Source: Macrostomum lignano
Lineage: Eukaryota
Direction: 5' to 3'
Assembly: GCA_002269645.1 (NCBI GenBank)
Contig: NIVC01000150.1
Coordinates: 558,001 to 622,000, forward strand
DNA: 64,000 nt
Shown here: positions 42,921 to 55,380 of the stretch, in pieces
Layout of the letters: every line of letters begins with the position of its first letter
Numbering within the stretch: position 1 is the first letter of the stretch
Translations under genes and position numbers: made by a program
The notes under the pieces: generated by a model
Told to the model about the DNA's origin: nothing
What the model saw: the letters and a program-made list of their open reading frames with translations, nothing else
Databases searched by the model: none

Positions 42921-43720
42921 GCGCTAAAAATTTTCCTTTTTAAGTTTTAAAATTTAATAGAAGAATATGAATATTAAAATCAATTAGATATAACAATTAT
43001 ATTAATCTAAAGTTAACAACAAAAGTTTTACAAAAAACAAAGAAACATAAGAGAATACAATTTATATCACAGAAGAATGGACATTTCATCGGCCTACTGT
43101 AATCGTCCAGCTTGACTTTTTATTAACTTAATCTAGTTTTATATCGCGGTTACCGATTTTATGCACTTTCATGCAGAATTTTTCAAGATTCGTCAGTCTT
43201 CGAAAAAAGATAATATCAGAAGCTAGAATAGTTAAATAAATGGAGTATTCTGAAAGCCCCTGTGCTGCATTATACGAAACCATTTTAATTCTATAGATCC
43301 CTTCAGTAGACCAAGGACGACTCTACTCAATTCTGGTATTTTGATATATCTCGTGATATTCGAGGTAATTATAAGAATTTTAAAGAGTTAATGATCAAAA
43401 TATAGTGTTGCATGTAAGTAAACTAAAATATTACAATAAATATGCTTTTGCAGTTTTGACCCTTAAGAGCTAAATTGTTTTATTTTGAGCACTAATGTAA
43501 ACGTTTGTGTTATCGCGCTCGCTCATTTTATAAAAGCTGAATAAGCTTTATCTGAGGACGATTTTTTCCGTTACTGAGACAGTAGGCGTTACGTTGGTAG
43601 CTTTTCGTAAATAATGCATCTAGGGTATTAGCCATTCACTTATATCACGAACTGTGCATTGTCCTTATTATAAATCACGCCTACATATTTCTAGCATTAG
43701 ATTCGCATACATTGAAAATT

Positions 43721-45618
43721 ATGGCATCTACTTCTGAAGTCGAACAAACACCAGTTGCTAATGGTACCGAGAGCATCCCTTCAATAGAACTGTTTATTAA
43801 GGTAAGCAAACTGTACTTACTCTCTGTGTTAATAAAAAGGTGCATTAGCTCGTAAACATGCTTTACTCTACTTGCTTCATTTTTAGGAATGAATAAAATG
43901 ACAGTTTAACAACATTTTTTAACTCATACCATCTGCTATCCATATCAAAATTAAATCCATAATTAACTTGGATTTAAATGCATTTTTTGTATTCCAAATA
44001 TCATTTTAGCTATTTGTATCTATAGTTTTTTAAGCAATATATCATGTATTGAGTTTTAATTGTAAAACATTGTTGAAGATCTATTTTCGATACTGCATAT
44101 ATCATAGCATATTTATTGTTGAATGATAAAGGATATTTTAAATTTATGTGTAATTTGCATGGCTGAATTTAAAAAATGCCGAATGCAAATCACAAGTGAT
44201 AAAAAATGGAAATACAATTTTTCTCTGCAGGCCTCGCAGATCGCTCGCGAAGAGAAAGGTCCCTGCCCAATCAGCCAGCAATGGATTCTGGCATTCTACA
44301 TCCTGGCCGAGAAGAAACTCACTGAGCTTTACTTGACCACCGTAAACCCGGATGTGCCACCTGATTCTTACCTGGCCTTGAATGTCAGCCGCCGCCTACC
44401 AGTGGCCAATGTGACAAAAGGCCCCGATCCCAGGCTCAAGACGAGTAACGCCGCCGACGCTCCCGACCCTGCCGACACAAACGACGAGATCGAGCAGCTG
44501 ATGGACGCTTTCCGCTGTCCCAACTTGGCCCTGCCGAAAGACTCGCGAGACGAAGCCAACGCCGAGAAGGCCATCTGCGATCTGTACAAAAACTTCAGCC
44601 TCATGCTCAAAACCGACAACCGGGCGCCGTTGATCAACTCGCTGCGCAAGATCGACAACTTCCTGGGGCTGCGGCCGTGCCGTTATCTGCTGTCAGATGA
44701 GCTTACCTATGCCGACTGCCAGCTCATGCCTAAGCTGCATCACGTCAGACTGGCCGGAGAGGTAAATCTGATCCGAGAGGTCGGACCAGCCTCTCCTAGA
44801 AAACTGGAACTGAACTCGACCTGCACCCTACCTTGCACGACTTTTGCCCTACCCTACACTCGACTTCCGCCCTACCCTAGACAGTCCTACACTCGACCTC
44901 CGTCCCACCCTAGACACTTCGGGGCTTGGGGTTGGGCCTTTTGTCACATTGGCCGCCGAAGTGTCTAGGGTGGGACGGAGGTCGAGTGTAGGACTGTCTA
45001 GGGTAGGTCGGAAGTCGAGTGCAGGGTAGGGCGGAAGTCGAGTGCAGGGTAGGGCGGAAGTCGAGTGCAGGGTAGGGCGGAAGTCGAGTGCAGGGTAGGG
45101 CGGAAGTCGAGTGCAGGGTAGGGCGGAAGTCGAGTGCAGGGTAGGGCGGAAGTCGAGTGCAGGGTAGGGCGGAAGTCGAGTGTTGGGTAGAGCGGAAGTC
45201 GAGGGTCGAAGTATAGGGTAGGGCGGAAGTCGAGTGTTGGGTAGAGCGGAAGTCGAGGGTCGAAGTATAGGGTAGGGCGGAAGTAGAATGTAGGTTCAAT
45301 TACAGTTTCCAGGAAAGGCTTCTTCTACTTCAATTGTCCACCTCGTGAATGAGATAACCCTCACCGCCTCGTTCCCAGTTCTATCGAGGCTTCACCATCC
45401 CGGAGGAGCTTCGCCACCTTCAGGACTATCTGGTTGGCATGTACACCGCCTGCGACGCCTTTCGCACCAGCTGCCCGGCAGACCGGGACATTCTGCACCT
45501 GTACTACGACAAGGTGCCGCGGTCACTGCTGTCCAGCATCAGAGCCCAGCCAACGCTGATGGACAACCGCCGCACCCTGCTAGGTGAGAGCGGTGGCACA
45601 GGCGGCATCCCCTACTGA
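43721..45618 (+). CDS. CLIC: Chloride intracellular channel (CLIC/EXC-4-like, GST fold)
   Basis: Exons 43721-43801 (IELFIK), 44231-44761 (GPCPISQ..., LTTVN, YLLSDELTYADCQLMPKLHHVR) and 45379-45618 (FYRGFTIPEEL...TSCPADRDIL), phase-consistent. Confidence 0.92.
44815..45290. repeat. 23-bp minisatellite (GTCGAGTGCAGGGTAGGGCGGAA) in inverted arrangement forming a hairpin
   Basis: Arms ~44851-44922 and 44956-45028 are reverse complements. Confidence 0.9.
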
Positions 45619-45874
45619 TCTTCGCAGACCCAATAATTTGTTTGAATTCGCGCGGCCGAATATATTTTTGTTTAAATTTATTGATTATATATTTTTTATA
45701 AAATAACGAATTGCTCATATAATTGCTTCTCTTACCTGTTGGTGCGCAATATTTTACATTTCTGTTTTATCAATGCTTACCGTATTCTGTGTTTCCGTAC
45801 GAAAATTATGGCTTTTTCCCGATCTTGCGAGCTATCTCCGGCACTCTTTTGGGTAATTTACTCTGCTCTCCATG

Positions 45875-46410
45875 CATCTCTCTCCACTCTCACACCTTCA
45901 CTCTGCATCTCTCTCCACTCTCACACCTTCACTCTGCATCTCTCTACACTCTCACCTCTCCACTCTGCATCTCTCTACACTCTCACCTCTCCACTCTGCA
46001 TCTCTCTACACTCTCACCTCTCCACTCTGCATCTCTCTACACTCTCACCTCTCCACTCTGCATCTCTATCCACTCTCACCTCTCCACTCTGCATCTCTCT
46101 ACACTCTCACCTCTCCACTCTGCATCTCTCTACACTCTCACCTCTCCACTCTGCATCTCTCTACACTCTCACCTCTCCACTCTGCATCTCTCTACACTCT
46201 CACCTCTCCACTCTGCATCTCTCTACACTCTCACCTCTCCACTCTGCATCTCTATCCACTCTCACCTCTCCACTCTGCATCTCTATCCACTCTCACCTCT
46301 CTACTCTGCATCTCTCTACACTCTCACCTCTCCAATCTGCATCTCTCTACACTCTCACCTCTCCACTCTGCATCTCTATCCACTCTCACCTCTCCACTCT
46401 GCATCTCTAT
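45875..46410. repeat. 31-bp minisatellite (CACTCTCACCTCTCCACTCTGCATCTCTCTA)
   Basis: Directly visible. Confidence 0.95.
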
Positions 46411-47009
46411 CCACTTTCAACTCTCCATCTTTATCTCTCTTTTCCACTAACTTTCTTAATCTTAGCATATTGTTTGTGCAATGCAGTGTGCCACAAAAAT
46501 TATCTTCTGAGCTAATTGGGTTCTAAAAAGTAATCGAATTATTTTATATGCTAAGTCAGTGTTTTTCTTTACACTAAGGCGTCATTGTTCGGCAATAGAA
46601 CTTTTTTCTAACTTTGTCTTTAACTTGATCTGTCTAATTTTATTTCAACCAATTCGCGTAAACAAACGGAGTTCAACAAAAAACAATCGGTAATTTGTTC
46701 TGAATAAGTCTTTAGCGAAATATTTCTACATGCTGTAGCCGCTGAAGTTTGATTTTTGTCATTTTCTGACAATTTTGACAATTTTTAACAAGCTCTAGTT
46801 GTAGTTCGCTTTGGTGCTCTGAACACCTTCAATACACTTTGAACTGTTATGTTGCAGAAGTTCATTAGAACTTGTCATGTGTCCCTTGCCTTTTTCATTT
46901 CACTTGATGCATTTGATTGTGACAACTCACAAGTATCTGTGTGACTGAGACCGCAAATGTTAGACAGGATTGTGTCAACTGTTAAAGAGGATTTTGTCGC
47001 CTGTTAGAC

Positions 47010-47495
47010 AGGATTGTGTCACCTGTTAGACAGGACTATGTAACCTGTTAGACAGGACTATGTAACCTGTTAGACAGGACTATGTAACCTGTTAGACAGG
47101 ACTATGTAACCTGTTAGACAGGACTATGTAACCTGTTAGACAGGACTATGTAACCTGTTAGACAGGACTATGTAACCTGTTAGACAGGACTATGTAACCT
47201 GTTAGACAGGACTATGTAACCTGTTAGACAGGACTATGTAACCTGTTAGACAGGACTATGTAACCTGTTAGACAGGACTATGTAACCTGTTAGACAGGAC
47301 TATGTAACCTGTTAGACAGGACTATGTAACCTGTTAGACAGGACTATGTAACCTGTTAGACAGGACTATGTAACCTGTTAGACAGGACTATGTAACCTGT
47401 TAGACAGGACTATGTAACCTGTTAGACAGGACTATGTAACCTGTTAGACAGGACTATGTAACCTGTTAGACAGGACTATGTAACCTGTTAGACTG
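47010..47495. repeat. 22-bp minisatellite (ACCTGTTAGACAGGACTATGTA)
   Basis: Directly visible; shares its core with 59460-60005. Confidence 0.96.
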
Positions 47496-48104
47496 TTAGG
47501 GCGTTACTAAGTCTACCTGGGCGGTCCCGCCATTCACAAGCGCATTGTTGGCCTCTCTAACTTGACAATTTGCAGTCGAAGCCGCAGAAGCAGAAAGCTA
47601 TGCCCGCCAAAAATCGGCACAGAGATAAGTGGATCTGCAATTCTTATCTTTGAATTCGAGTTTTTTCCATTTTTCTGGCATGGTCGAGTATTTAGACAGA
47701 CCATTTTTACTTCGGGTAGGTCTATTTGAAATTCAAGCAAGAGACAGAATTTGAGAGGGGCAGAGAGTAGGACAGAGAGTCCACTATTTTTGTTGAGGTT
47801 TCAGGAATGCAAATTGAGAAATGCACACAGTACATGACATGTACATGCAGTTTATATACAAGTATACCACTGCCAGGCGCTTGCGTGAAATTGCCACAAA
47901 TATTGAATTTGGGCGGCCACTTTTAAATATTTCGATTGAACTAAAACATTTACATGCATCAATTAGGGTCATTGTTGAGAGCCATCGTGAGAGCGTCGGT
48001 AGACGGTAGATCACTGATCAACGCATTGACTGTGGGGTTGATAAACTCCTTTTGCTCTATTGATGATCAGTTGAGTTGAGTAACTTGATCGGTTGATACT
48101 AAAG

Positions 48105-48240
48105 CTACTAATTTGATCTGGTTGATCAATTGATTTCAAAGCATCAGTCTAATTGATCAATTGATTTCAAAGCATCAGTCTGGTTGATCAATTGATTTCA
48201 AAGCATCAGTCTGACTGATCAATTGATTTCAAAGCAGGCA
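48105..48240. repeat. ~30-bp tandem repeat (TGATCAATTGATTTCAAAGCATCAGTCT)
   Basis: Directly visible. Confidence 0.85.
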
Positions 48241-48649
48241 AAAGTGCTCCAAGTATATGCAAATCAGGTCACTCTTAAGTTTATATGCAGCAGCTGTCGG
48301 TATGCTGCCTCTGTCCTTTCAGTGCAAGCTGCTGCACATGAAATCAAAGTTAATAACATAATTATTCACTCTTGGCAAACAACTAGCCAGGTACAACCGC
48401 CGCCCCCCCCCCCTCCAAACTGAACAGTCGACATGCTTTGTAAGAAACTCAAAGAAGCCTAAGCTCAAATGCTAATTATTTCAGATCTCGCGCAATAGCT
48501 GAGCGTCTCCGGTTACTCAATGAGTTTGCGGGTTCAGCAGGTGGCAGATCGCGCACCTTGCTAAACTGGGTGGCATGGGGGCACGAAGTCACTGCGAATG
48601 TGGGGGCAGGTTTAGTTCTGAGGCGCCTCAAATGCTGTGTTGTCAGAGG

Positions 48650-49055
48650 CGCTAATCCGTGCGTGTCAGGGGGCGCTAATCCGTGTGTGTCAGGGGGCGC
48701 TAATCCGTATGTCAGGGGGCACTAATCCGTGTGTCATGGGCGCTTATCCGTTTGTGTCAGGGGGCGCTAATCCGTGTGTGTCAGGGGGCGCTAATCCGTG
48801 TGTCATGGGGCGCTAATCCGTATGTCAGGGGCGCAAATCCGTGTGTGTCATGGGGCGCTTATCCGTTTGTGTCAGGGGGCGCTAATCCGTGTGTGTCAGG
48901 GGGGCGCTAATCCGTGTGTCATGGGGCACTAATCCGTGTGTGTCAGGGGGCGCAAATCCGTGTGTGTCAGGGGGGCGCTAGCTAATCCGTGTTTGTCAGG
49001 GGGCGCTAATCCGTGTGTCATGGGGCGCTAATCCGTGTGGGTCAGGGGGCGCTAA
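48650..49055. repeat. ~24-bp minisatellite (GGGGGCGCTAATCCGTGTGTGTCA)
   Basis: Directly visible. Confidence 0.92.
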
Positions 49056-49157
49056 TTCGAGTTTCCTTAGTGAGTGAATAATTTGTAGATTAATAAAGGA
49101 ATAAATAAGTGAGCATTTTAACAAATCAAAATAACATCATTTAACACGAAGGGCTGT

Positions 49158-49345
49158 CAGTGGCGTAGCCAGGATTTCCTTCTGGGGGGGGGGGTCACAG
49201 TCAGTCACAGGCTCACAGCGGCAACCGGGGGCAGGGGGTGCTAGGCCTCTGCCACGGGGGAGGGAACCTGAAAAGTTGGCCTGGATCAGCCGGCTGGGGG
49301 GGTCATGACCCCCATGACCCCCCTCCCTCCTTGGCTACGCCCCTG
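49158..49345. mobile_element. 188-bp hAT-like MITE
   Basis: TIRs CAGTGGCGTAGCC / GGCTACGCCCCTG; perfect 8-bp TSD AGGGCTGT (49150-49157, 49346-49353). Confidence 0.92.
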
Positions 49346-50452
49346 AGGGCTGTTACCTGTATAATCCAGTACAGACAGCTTACTCAGTATACGTCCAAGC
49401 CAGTTTGCGTAATTACATTTTTCTTAGCTGGGTTTATCGTGCCAAGCCCAGTAACTGGCACGTTGGAACTGGCCGCGAAAGAGAAAGGTAATGTTTTGCA
49501 TTTTTTGCAGTTCAGTGATCATTTAGTCTAACTCGTAACTCTCTAACAAGGTACGAGTAAAAGCAGGGTTGCTCCTCTCTGCATGTAGTCAGATCGTGAC
49601 TTTCATTCTCAGAATTCTCCTGATAACGCCTGCAACGCGCTGGCACCGCGCAACGATTTTATTTTTCATTCACTGACTTTTCCGTGCTAGCTATACTACC
49701 TAGAAAGAGATAGTTAAGTAGTGCATTGGAGAAATATATATCTTTTAAATAAAAGCAATTAAAAAATTTACTATGGCGTACATGTAGATTTAAAGTAAGT
49801 CCTCCCACAAATAATATTCGTATTATTAACTTCAGCACGGGACACTAACAGAAGAATCGCCTCGATTGAACTGCTATAGTGCTATAGAACTTGTTGAAGT
49901 AATTTAGTGTTTGGAATTGGAAATAGACATTACACATTTGTTACCTAACAATACACTAAAGAAAGAGGGATGACCTCGTCCTCACGTCACTCCCCCCAAC
50001 CCTCCTCAAAGACTAAACGGTTCGGTCCTTCCACGCACGCGAACGGGGCGTGACGGAGACACTTTTTAGTGGGGGTGTAGTAAGGAAGACCTGGCACATC
50101 AACGTACACTCATCCGGGCCATGTACAGTCAGCCCCAGTCCCCTTCAAGGCCGGGGGTGGGGTCTTAAAGGTCGATAGAGTGTCCACGCGAAGGCTTTAC
50201 TCGCCTCAGTCTAAAAATAAAGTATTTTCAAGCATGGGGCAAAGCATTCTCGACAGAAGTGAGACTTGGGCCATAGCATCACTCCCAAGCCTCGTGCTCA
50301 GCCATTTCTACACAATGCATAAAATGGGCTCTGAATCTGCGGCTTCAGAGTTCAGAGAAGACAAAATCAACTGTTAAACGAGATCGCCTACCTAAATAGT
50401 ATACCTTGAGAGTTCTATCGCGTAAAACAAGGATCAACGGAATTTTATAGCA

Positions 50453-51953
50453 ATGAGTCGAGCCTCCAAGCTAGTATCCTACCGGGCTCTGTCTCGAGTG
50501 ACGCCTTCCAGAGCTGGTCAGATTCGCTTCAACAATGCAGCGTCTTCTGCCACGACGACTGCCGCCTGTACCATCGTGTCTCCGGCACCCTCGCCGTCGA
50601 TGGCCTGCTCGCACTACTACAACCAGGCTGCTGTGGACGCGGCTGCTGCTAAGAATTCTGTACGCCTCACCCCGGCTTCGCTGCTGTACTCAGGCCGAGC
50701 CGCAGACAGCCATCAGGTGCTCCGCTCCGCTCAGTATCTGCAGCGCGAACTGCCAGTCCGCATCGCCCATCGAGTGGCCGATTTTCGAGCCCTGCCATTC
50801 GTTGTTGGCTGCCATCCAACCCTGCTAGCGGTGCACGAGCTCTACCTGCGGGCCTTCCACATTCTGTCAAATACGCCGAGTCTGACTGAGCCCGAGGACG
50901 AGATCCAGTACTCTGGCCTGCTGCGCCAACTGCTCGACGAGCACAAGGACGTTGTGACCATGCTGGCCGAAGGATTCCGCGAGTGCGGCCGACACGTTCG
51001 TGACTCCGGCCTAGTGAGAACCTTCCTAGACAGGACCCTGACCTCTCGTCTGGGCATCCGGCTGCTGTGCGAGCACCATCTGGCCCTGCGGCAGGAGAAG
51101 CCAGACTTTGTCGGCATCGTCGGCACCAAATTCTGCCCGGGCGACCTCGTTGAGAGTCGCGCCGCCCTTGTTACCCGAATGTGCGACATGAAATATGGCC
51201 AGTCGCCGACAATTCGGGTTGACGGCAACGGCAGTAAAGCGGCTTTCTCCTACATCCCGCAGCCGATTGAGTACGTGCTCACCGAGCTGCTGAAGAACGC
51301 ATTCAGAGCCACTGTGGAGTTCCATCGGGGTCGCCCTGGCCCGGTGCCCGAGGTTCGAGTCACGGTCGCTAACAACGATGTCGACTTTGTTATTAGGTAG
51401 GAAAAAGAAAAATTTTAATGAAACTTTCTCACCATCTTACTTGAATTTCAAAGTAGCGCAAACCGCGTTTTTTATAATTTTTTATGCAGTTATATTTTGC
51501 TACAAATCTGTCGTTAAAATTGCCATGAAGTATAGCTCTACTCACAGATAATCAAACCAAACTCATTAATTTAGAAAGCCGATATGTATAGAAAAGAAGT
51601 TTTTATGAAGATATGAACAGATTCTATTATCATGAAATTCCACGCCTATTATAATTTGCAGAATCAGCGATCAAGGCGGTGGAGTGCCTCACGAAATTTT
51701 CGACAAAATTTTCGACTACAACTTCTCTACTGCCGAGGCCAGCGAGCAGCACGAGTCATTCTTTGACCGAGTCTCCGAGTCGCGCTCGTCGTCCAGCTCA
51801 ATGCACGGATTCGGCTTCGGCCTGCCGGCTTCCCTGGCCTACGCCAAGTACCTCGGCGGCGCGCTCACCTTCGAGACGATGCAGGGCGTCGGTTCGGATT
51901 TCTACCTGCGCCTGCGGCACATCGACGGCCGAGGTGACACCTTCAGAATCTGA
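50453..51953 (+). CDS. BCKDK: Branched-chain alpha-ketoacid dehydrogenase kinase (PDK/BCKDK family)
   Basis: Exons 50453-51396 and 51662-51953. Motifs [87 protein letters not shown]. Confidence 0.95.
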
Positions 51954-52609
51954 TTGATTCTTCGTCGTTTTTAGGACGATTATTTTTTCGATTTTTATTT
52001 ATATTTTAACTTTTCGTGTACGTGCTACTCTACTTATAACTATTCGCCAGTAGTCAGGCCGGGTTTGTTCAACAATTTTCTCGGATGCGTTATCTGCTTT
52101 AATTGAGCTTTGATTTTGCCTTTAACTGTAACGTTTTTTCCAGTTGTTGTGTTTCAGTTTCTGTTTTAAACAGTTGAAAAAAATCAGCGCAGCCCTCCTT
52201 GTATTTTCCAGCTTACTTCTGTTTTATTGCATATTTTGTTTTATTGGCTAGGTGAAAGTGGCTGCTTGTTCTGACATTATTATCAATTTTTCCTGCTAAA
52301 TTTTAAAGTGCAGCTGTGTGCCATATTTAAGGATCAATTCACCGTTATTTGGTTTGAAGCAATTCATCACTGTCGTTGACAATCTTCTTGTACTTTTGTA
52401 TGTTATATATTATTAATTATTAATTTCTAATAATCATCATTGCTAATGCTAAAAGTGTCCATTTCAAATAGCTGATGATTTTAATGTTGGCTTGCCGACG
52501 TGTCCAATTGTTTAAATAAAATATGAAAAATAATTCGTGTATTCTTTCGCGCTGGCTCTAAGCTAATAATAAAACACCTATCAATGCGTCACAAAGTCGT
52601 TTTTACCCT

Positions 52610-53720
52610 CCTGACATCCCTTATCTCCCTCCTGACATCCCTTATCTCCCTCCTGACATCCCTTATCTCCCTCCTGACATCCCTTATCTCCCTCCTGACA
52701 TCCCTTATCTCCCTCCTGACATCCCTTATCTCCCTCCTGACATCCCTTATCTCCCTCCTGACATCCCTTATCTCCCTCCTGACATCCCTTATCTCCCTCC
52801 TGACATCCCTTATCTCCCTCCTGACATCCCTTATCTCCCTCCTGACATCCCTTATCTCCCTCCTGACATCCCTTATCTCCCTCCTGACATCCCTTATCTC
52901 CCTCCTGACATCCCTTATCTCCCTCCTGACATCCCTTATCTCCCTCCTGACATCCCTTATCTCCCTCCTGACATCCCTTTGTCTCTCTCCTGACATCCCT
53001 TTGTCTCTCTCCTGACATCCCTTTGTCTCTCTCCTGACATCTCTTTATCCCCTCCTGACATCCCTTATCTCCCTCCTGACATCCCTTTGTCTCTCTCCTG
53101 ACATCTCTTTATCCCCTCCTGACATCCCTTATCTCCCTCCTGACATCCCTTATCTCCCTCCTGACATCCCTTATCTCCCTCCTGACATCCCTTATCTCCC
53201 TCCTGACATCGCTTATCTCCCTCCTGACATCCCTTATCTCCCTCCTGACATCCCTTTGTCTCTCTCCTGACATCCCTTTGTCTCTCTCCTGACATCCCTT
53301 TGTCTCTCTCCTGACATCTCTTTATCCCCTCCTGACATCCCTTATCTCCCTCCTGACATCCCTTTGTCTCTCTCCTGACATCTCTTTATCCCCTCCTGAC
53401 ATCCCTTATCTCCCTCCTGACATCCCTTTGTCTCTCTCCTGACATCCCTTTGTCTCTCTCCTGACATCTCTTCGTCTCTCTCCTGACATCTCTTCGTCTC
53501 TCTCCTGACACCTCTTCGTCTCTCTCCTGACATCTCTTCGTCTCTCTCCTGACATCTCTTTGTCTCTCTCCTGACATCTCTTTGTCTCTCTCTTGACATC
53601 CATGATTCCCTTTGTCTCATTTCTGACATCTCATTTCTCTTTCTCCTGACATCCCTTATCTCCCTCCTGACATCACCCCCCTCCTAACATTCCCTTGTCT
53701 CTCCTGACATTTCTTTGTCT
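52610..53720. repeat. 21-bp minisatellite (CTCCTGACATCCCTTATCTCC), degenerating rightwards
   Basis: Directly visible. Confidence 0.96.
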
Positions 53721-54455
53721 TTTCTGACATTCTTTGTCTCCCATTTGACACCCTAGCTCGTAATCATCCTTTTGACGCCATTTTTCACATTTCCCTCTGT
53801 GAGTAGCTTAAAAAAAGTTAAACCTAAAATTCGAGTAATTAAATTAATAAGATAAGTGCAAGTAATTGTGGTGTTCTGTCTTATTGAAGTTTGAAGTTTG
53901 AGAATAAAATCAGAAAGCGAATATCATTTGAGTTATATATTTTTTGGTTAAAGAAAAATATTCTTCCGTATGCGAATAAGCAATAGCAATGAGAGTCAAG
54001 GATCTTTTCTAGGCGCAAAAAATAAAAGGATTCCGGTTGCTGGGTGTAGACAAAAATGAACTTGCGTGTAAGTTCTAATTATAAACTCAGACGCATGCAA
54101 TATAACTATACTCGTATAGACATTTTTGAGTAATTTCAATAAAAACAGAGTAGTCTCACGTCTCCGAACTCTCTTTTGTGTCAGTGCACCGCTTCTTTAC
54201 TCACCCTAAGATGGTCTGCCTTAATTACTTGTAATTACTTACTTGAGCTGTAGCAAAAGTGTACGTATTACATTTCGCCTCAGGCATTCAAACCCTCACC
54301 GGCCGTACGACTTAGTTTAAACAAAAAATGTAACTTAAGGTATTTCTACAGAGGTGTAGGACATTTCCAAGGACATTAATTTTTTTCCCATCGAGTAAAC
54401 ATAAACATTTCATACACACAAATTTGTAATTTGAGCAGGCAATACACAACCATGG

Positions 54456-54710
54456 TTATTCCCAGTACGCTTGCAGATGATGCTTTGAAAAGTGCGAATC
54501 CGGCATCGTCGTGTTAAAATCCGACAAATCGGTGATGTCGCGATCTCTCGGAGCCGAAGGCTTCGGGCCGATGGCCACTTTCAGCCCGTTGTACTTGTAT
54601 GCGCCGAGGATTATGAGAATGGCCAGAAGAACAACCGAGACCGACAGCTCGAACGATAGAATGATCCACGGTACAGACAGCATCACTCGGGCCGGCTGGG
54701 GGTCTGCTGG
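54456..54710 (-). CDS. Probable terminal exon of a small single-pass membrane protein
   Basis: Acceptor ..CGCATTCCAG then DPQPARVMLSVPWIILSFELSVSVVLLAILIILGAYKY...AYWE*; upstream exons unresolved; start coordinate approximate. Confidence 0.4.
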   Translation of the reverse strand, partial: PADPQPARVMLSVPWIILSFELSVSVVLLAILIILGAYKYNGLKVAIGPKPSAPRDRDITDLSDFNTTMPDSHFSKHHLQAYWE

Positions 54711-55284
54711 AATGCGAGGACAAACTCAGGTTTGAAAACTTCTATAGTTAAAGCGTCCATTAATTTCTGTGCCTTTTTAATGCTACACAATTTATAGGCT
54801 TCTCTCTGTATCCCGGAGAAGACTGCATACTCTGCACTGCATCTGAGAGCTCAAACCACGGAGACAATAACTAACCATTTGCACACGTCGACTGTGCACA
54901 TTTTCCAGCATCAACCACGAGCAAACAAAAGCTAAATGCCCAATCGCAAAAAAATCGCTCATCTATACTCTTTTTCAGTAGCAAATTTAGTGTTTTTTGC
55001 TTTTATAACAGTAATTAAAAAAATAATTGCATTTTACCAGATTACTTAAAGTTATTGAGGCTGGAACAATCGCCTCTGCATGGTTTTCTACGAGCAGACC
55101 CATTGCTTAGCAAAATTAGCAATCCTTCATCTTGTCGACTCCATCCAAGTCTGCAAACTGCCTCTCTGACTCGAAATTATTAAAAACGAAGTCAATTTCA
55201 ATTTCAGACTGAAGATGCAGGAAAACTGGAAGACCCGGTTCCAGAGCGTGTGCATTATAGCGGGCAAGAGAGAAAAAGGGGCGG

Positions 55285-55380
55285 TGCTGGCGCCCCTGTG
55301 GTGCTGGCGCCCCTGTGGTGCTGGCGCCCCTGTGGTGCTGGCGCCCCTGTGGTGCTGGCGCCCCTGTGGTGCTGGCGCCC
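55285..55380. repeat. 17-bp variant (GGTGCTGGCGCCCCTGT) of the 15-bp array at 13930-15040
   Basis: Directly visible. Confidence 0.85.

Noticed and set aside
52581-53629. Coiled-coil-like ORFs (REIRDVR / CQEGDKG)
   Set aside because: Translations of a 21-bp minisatellite.
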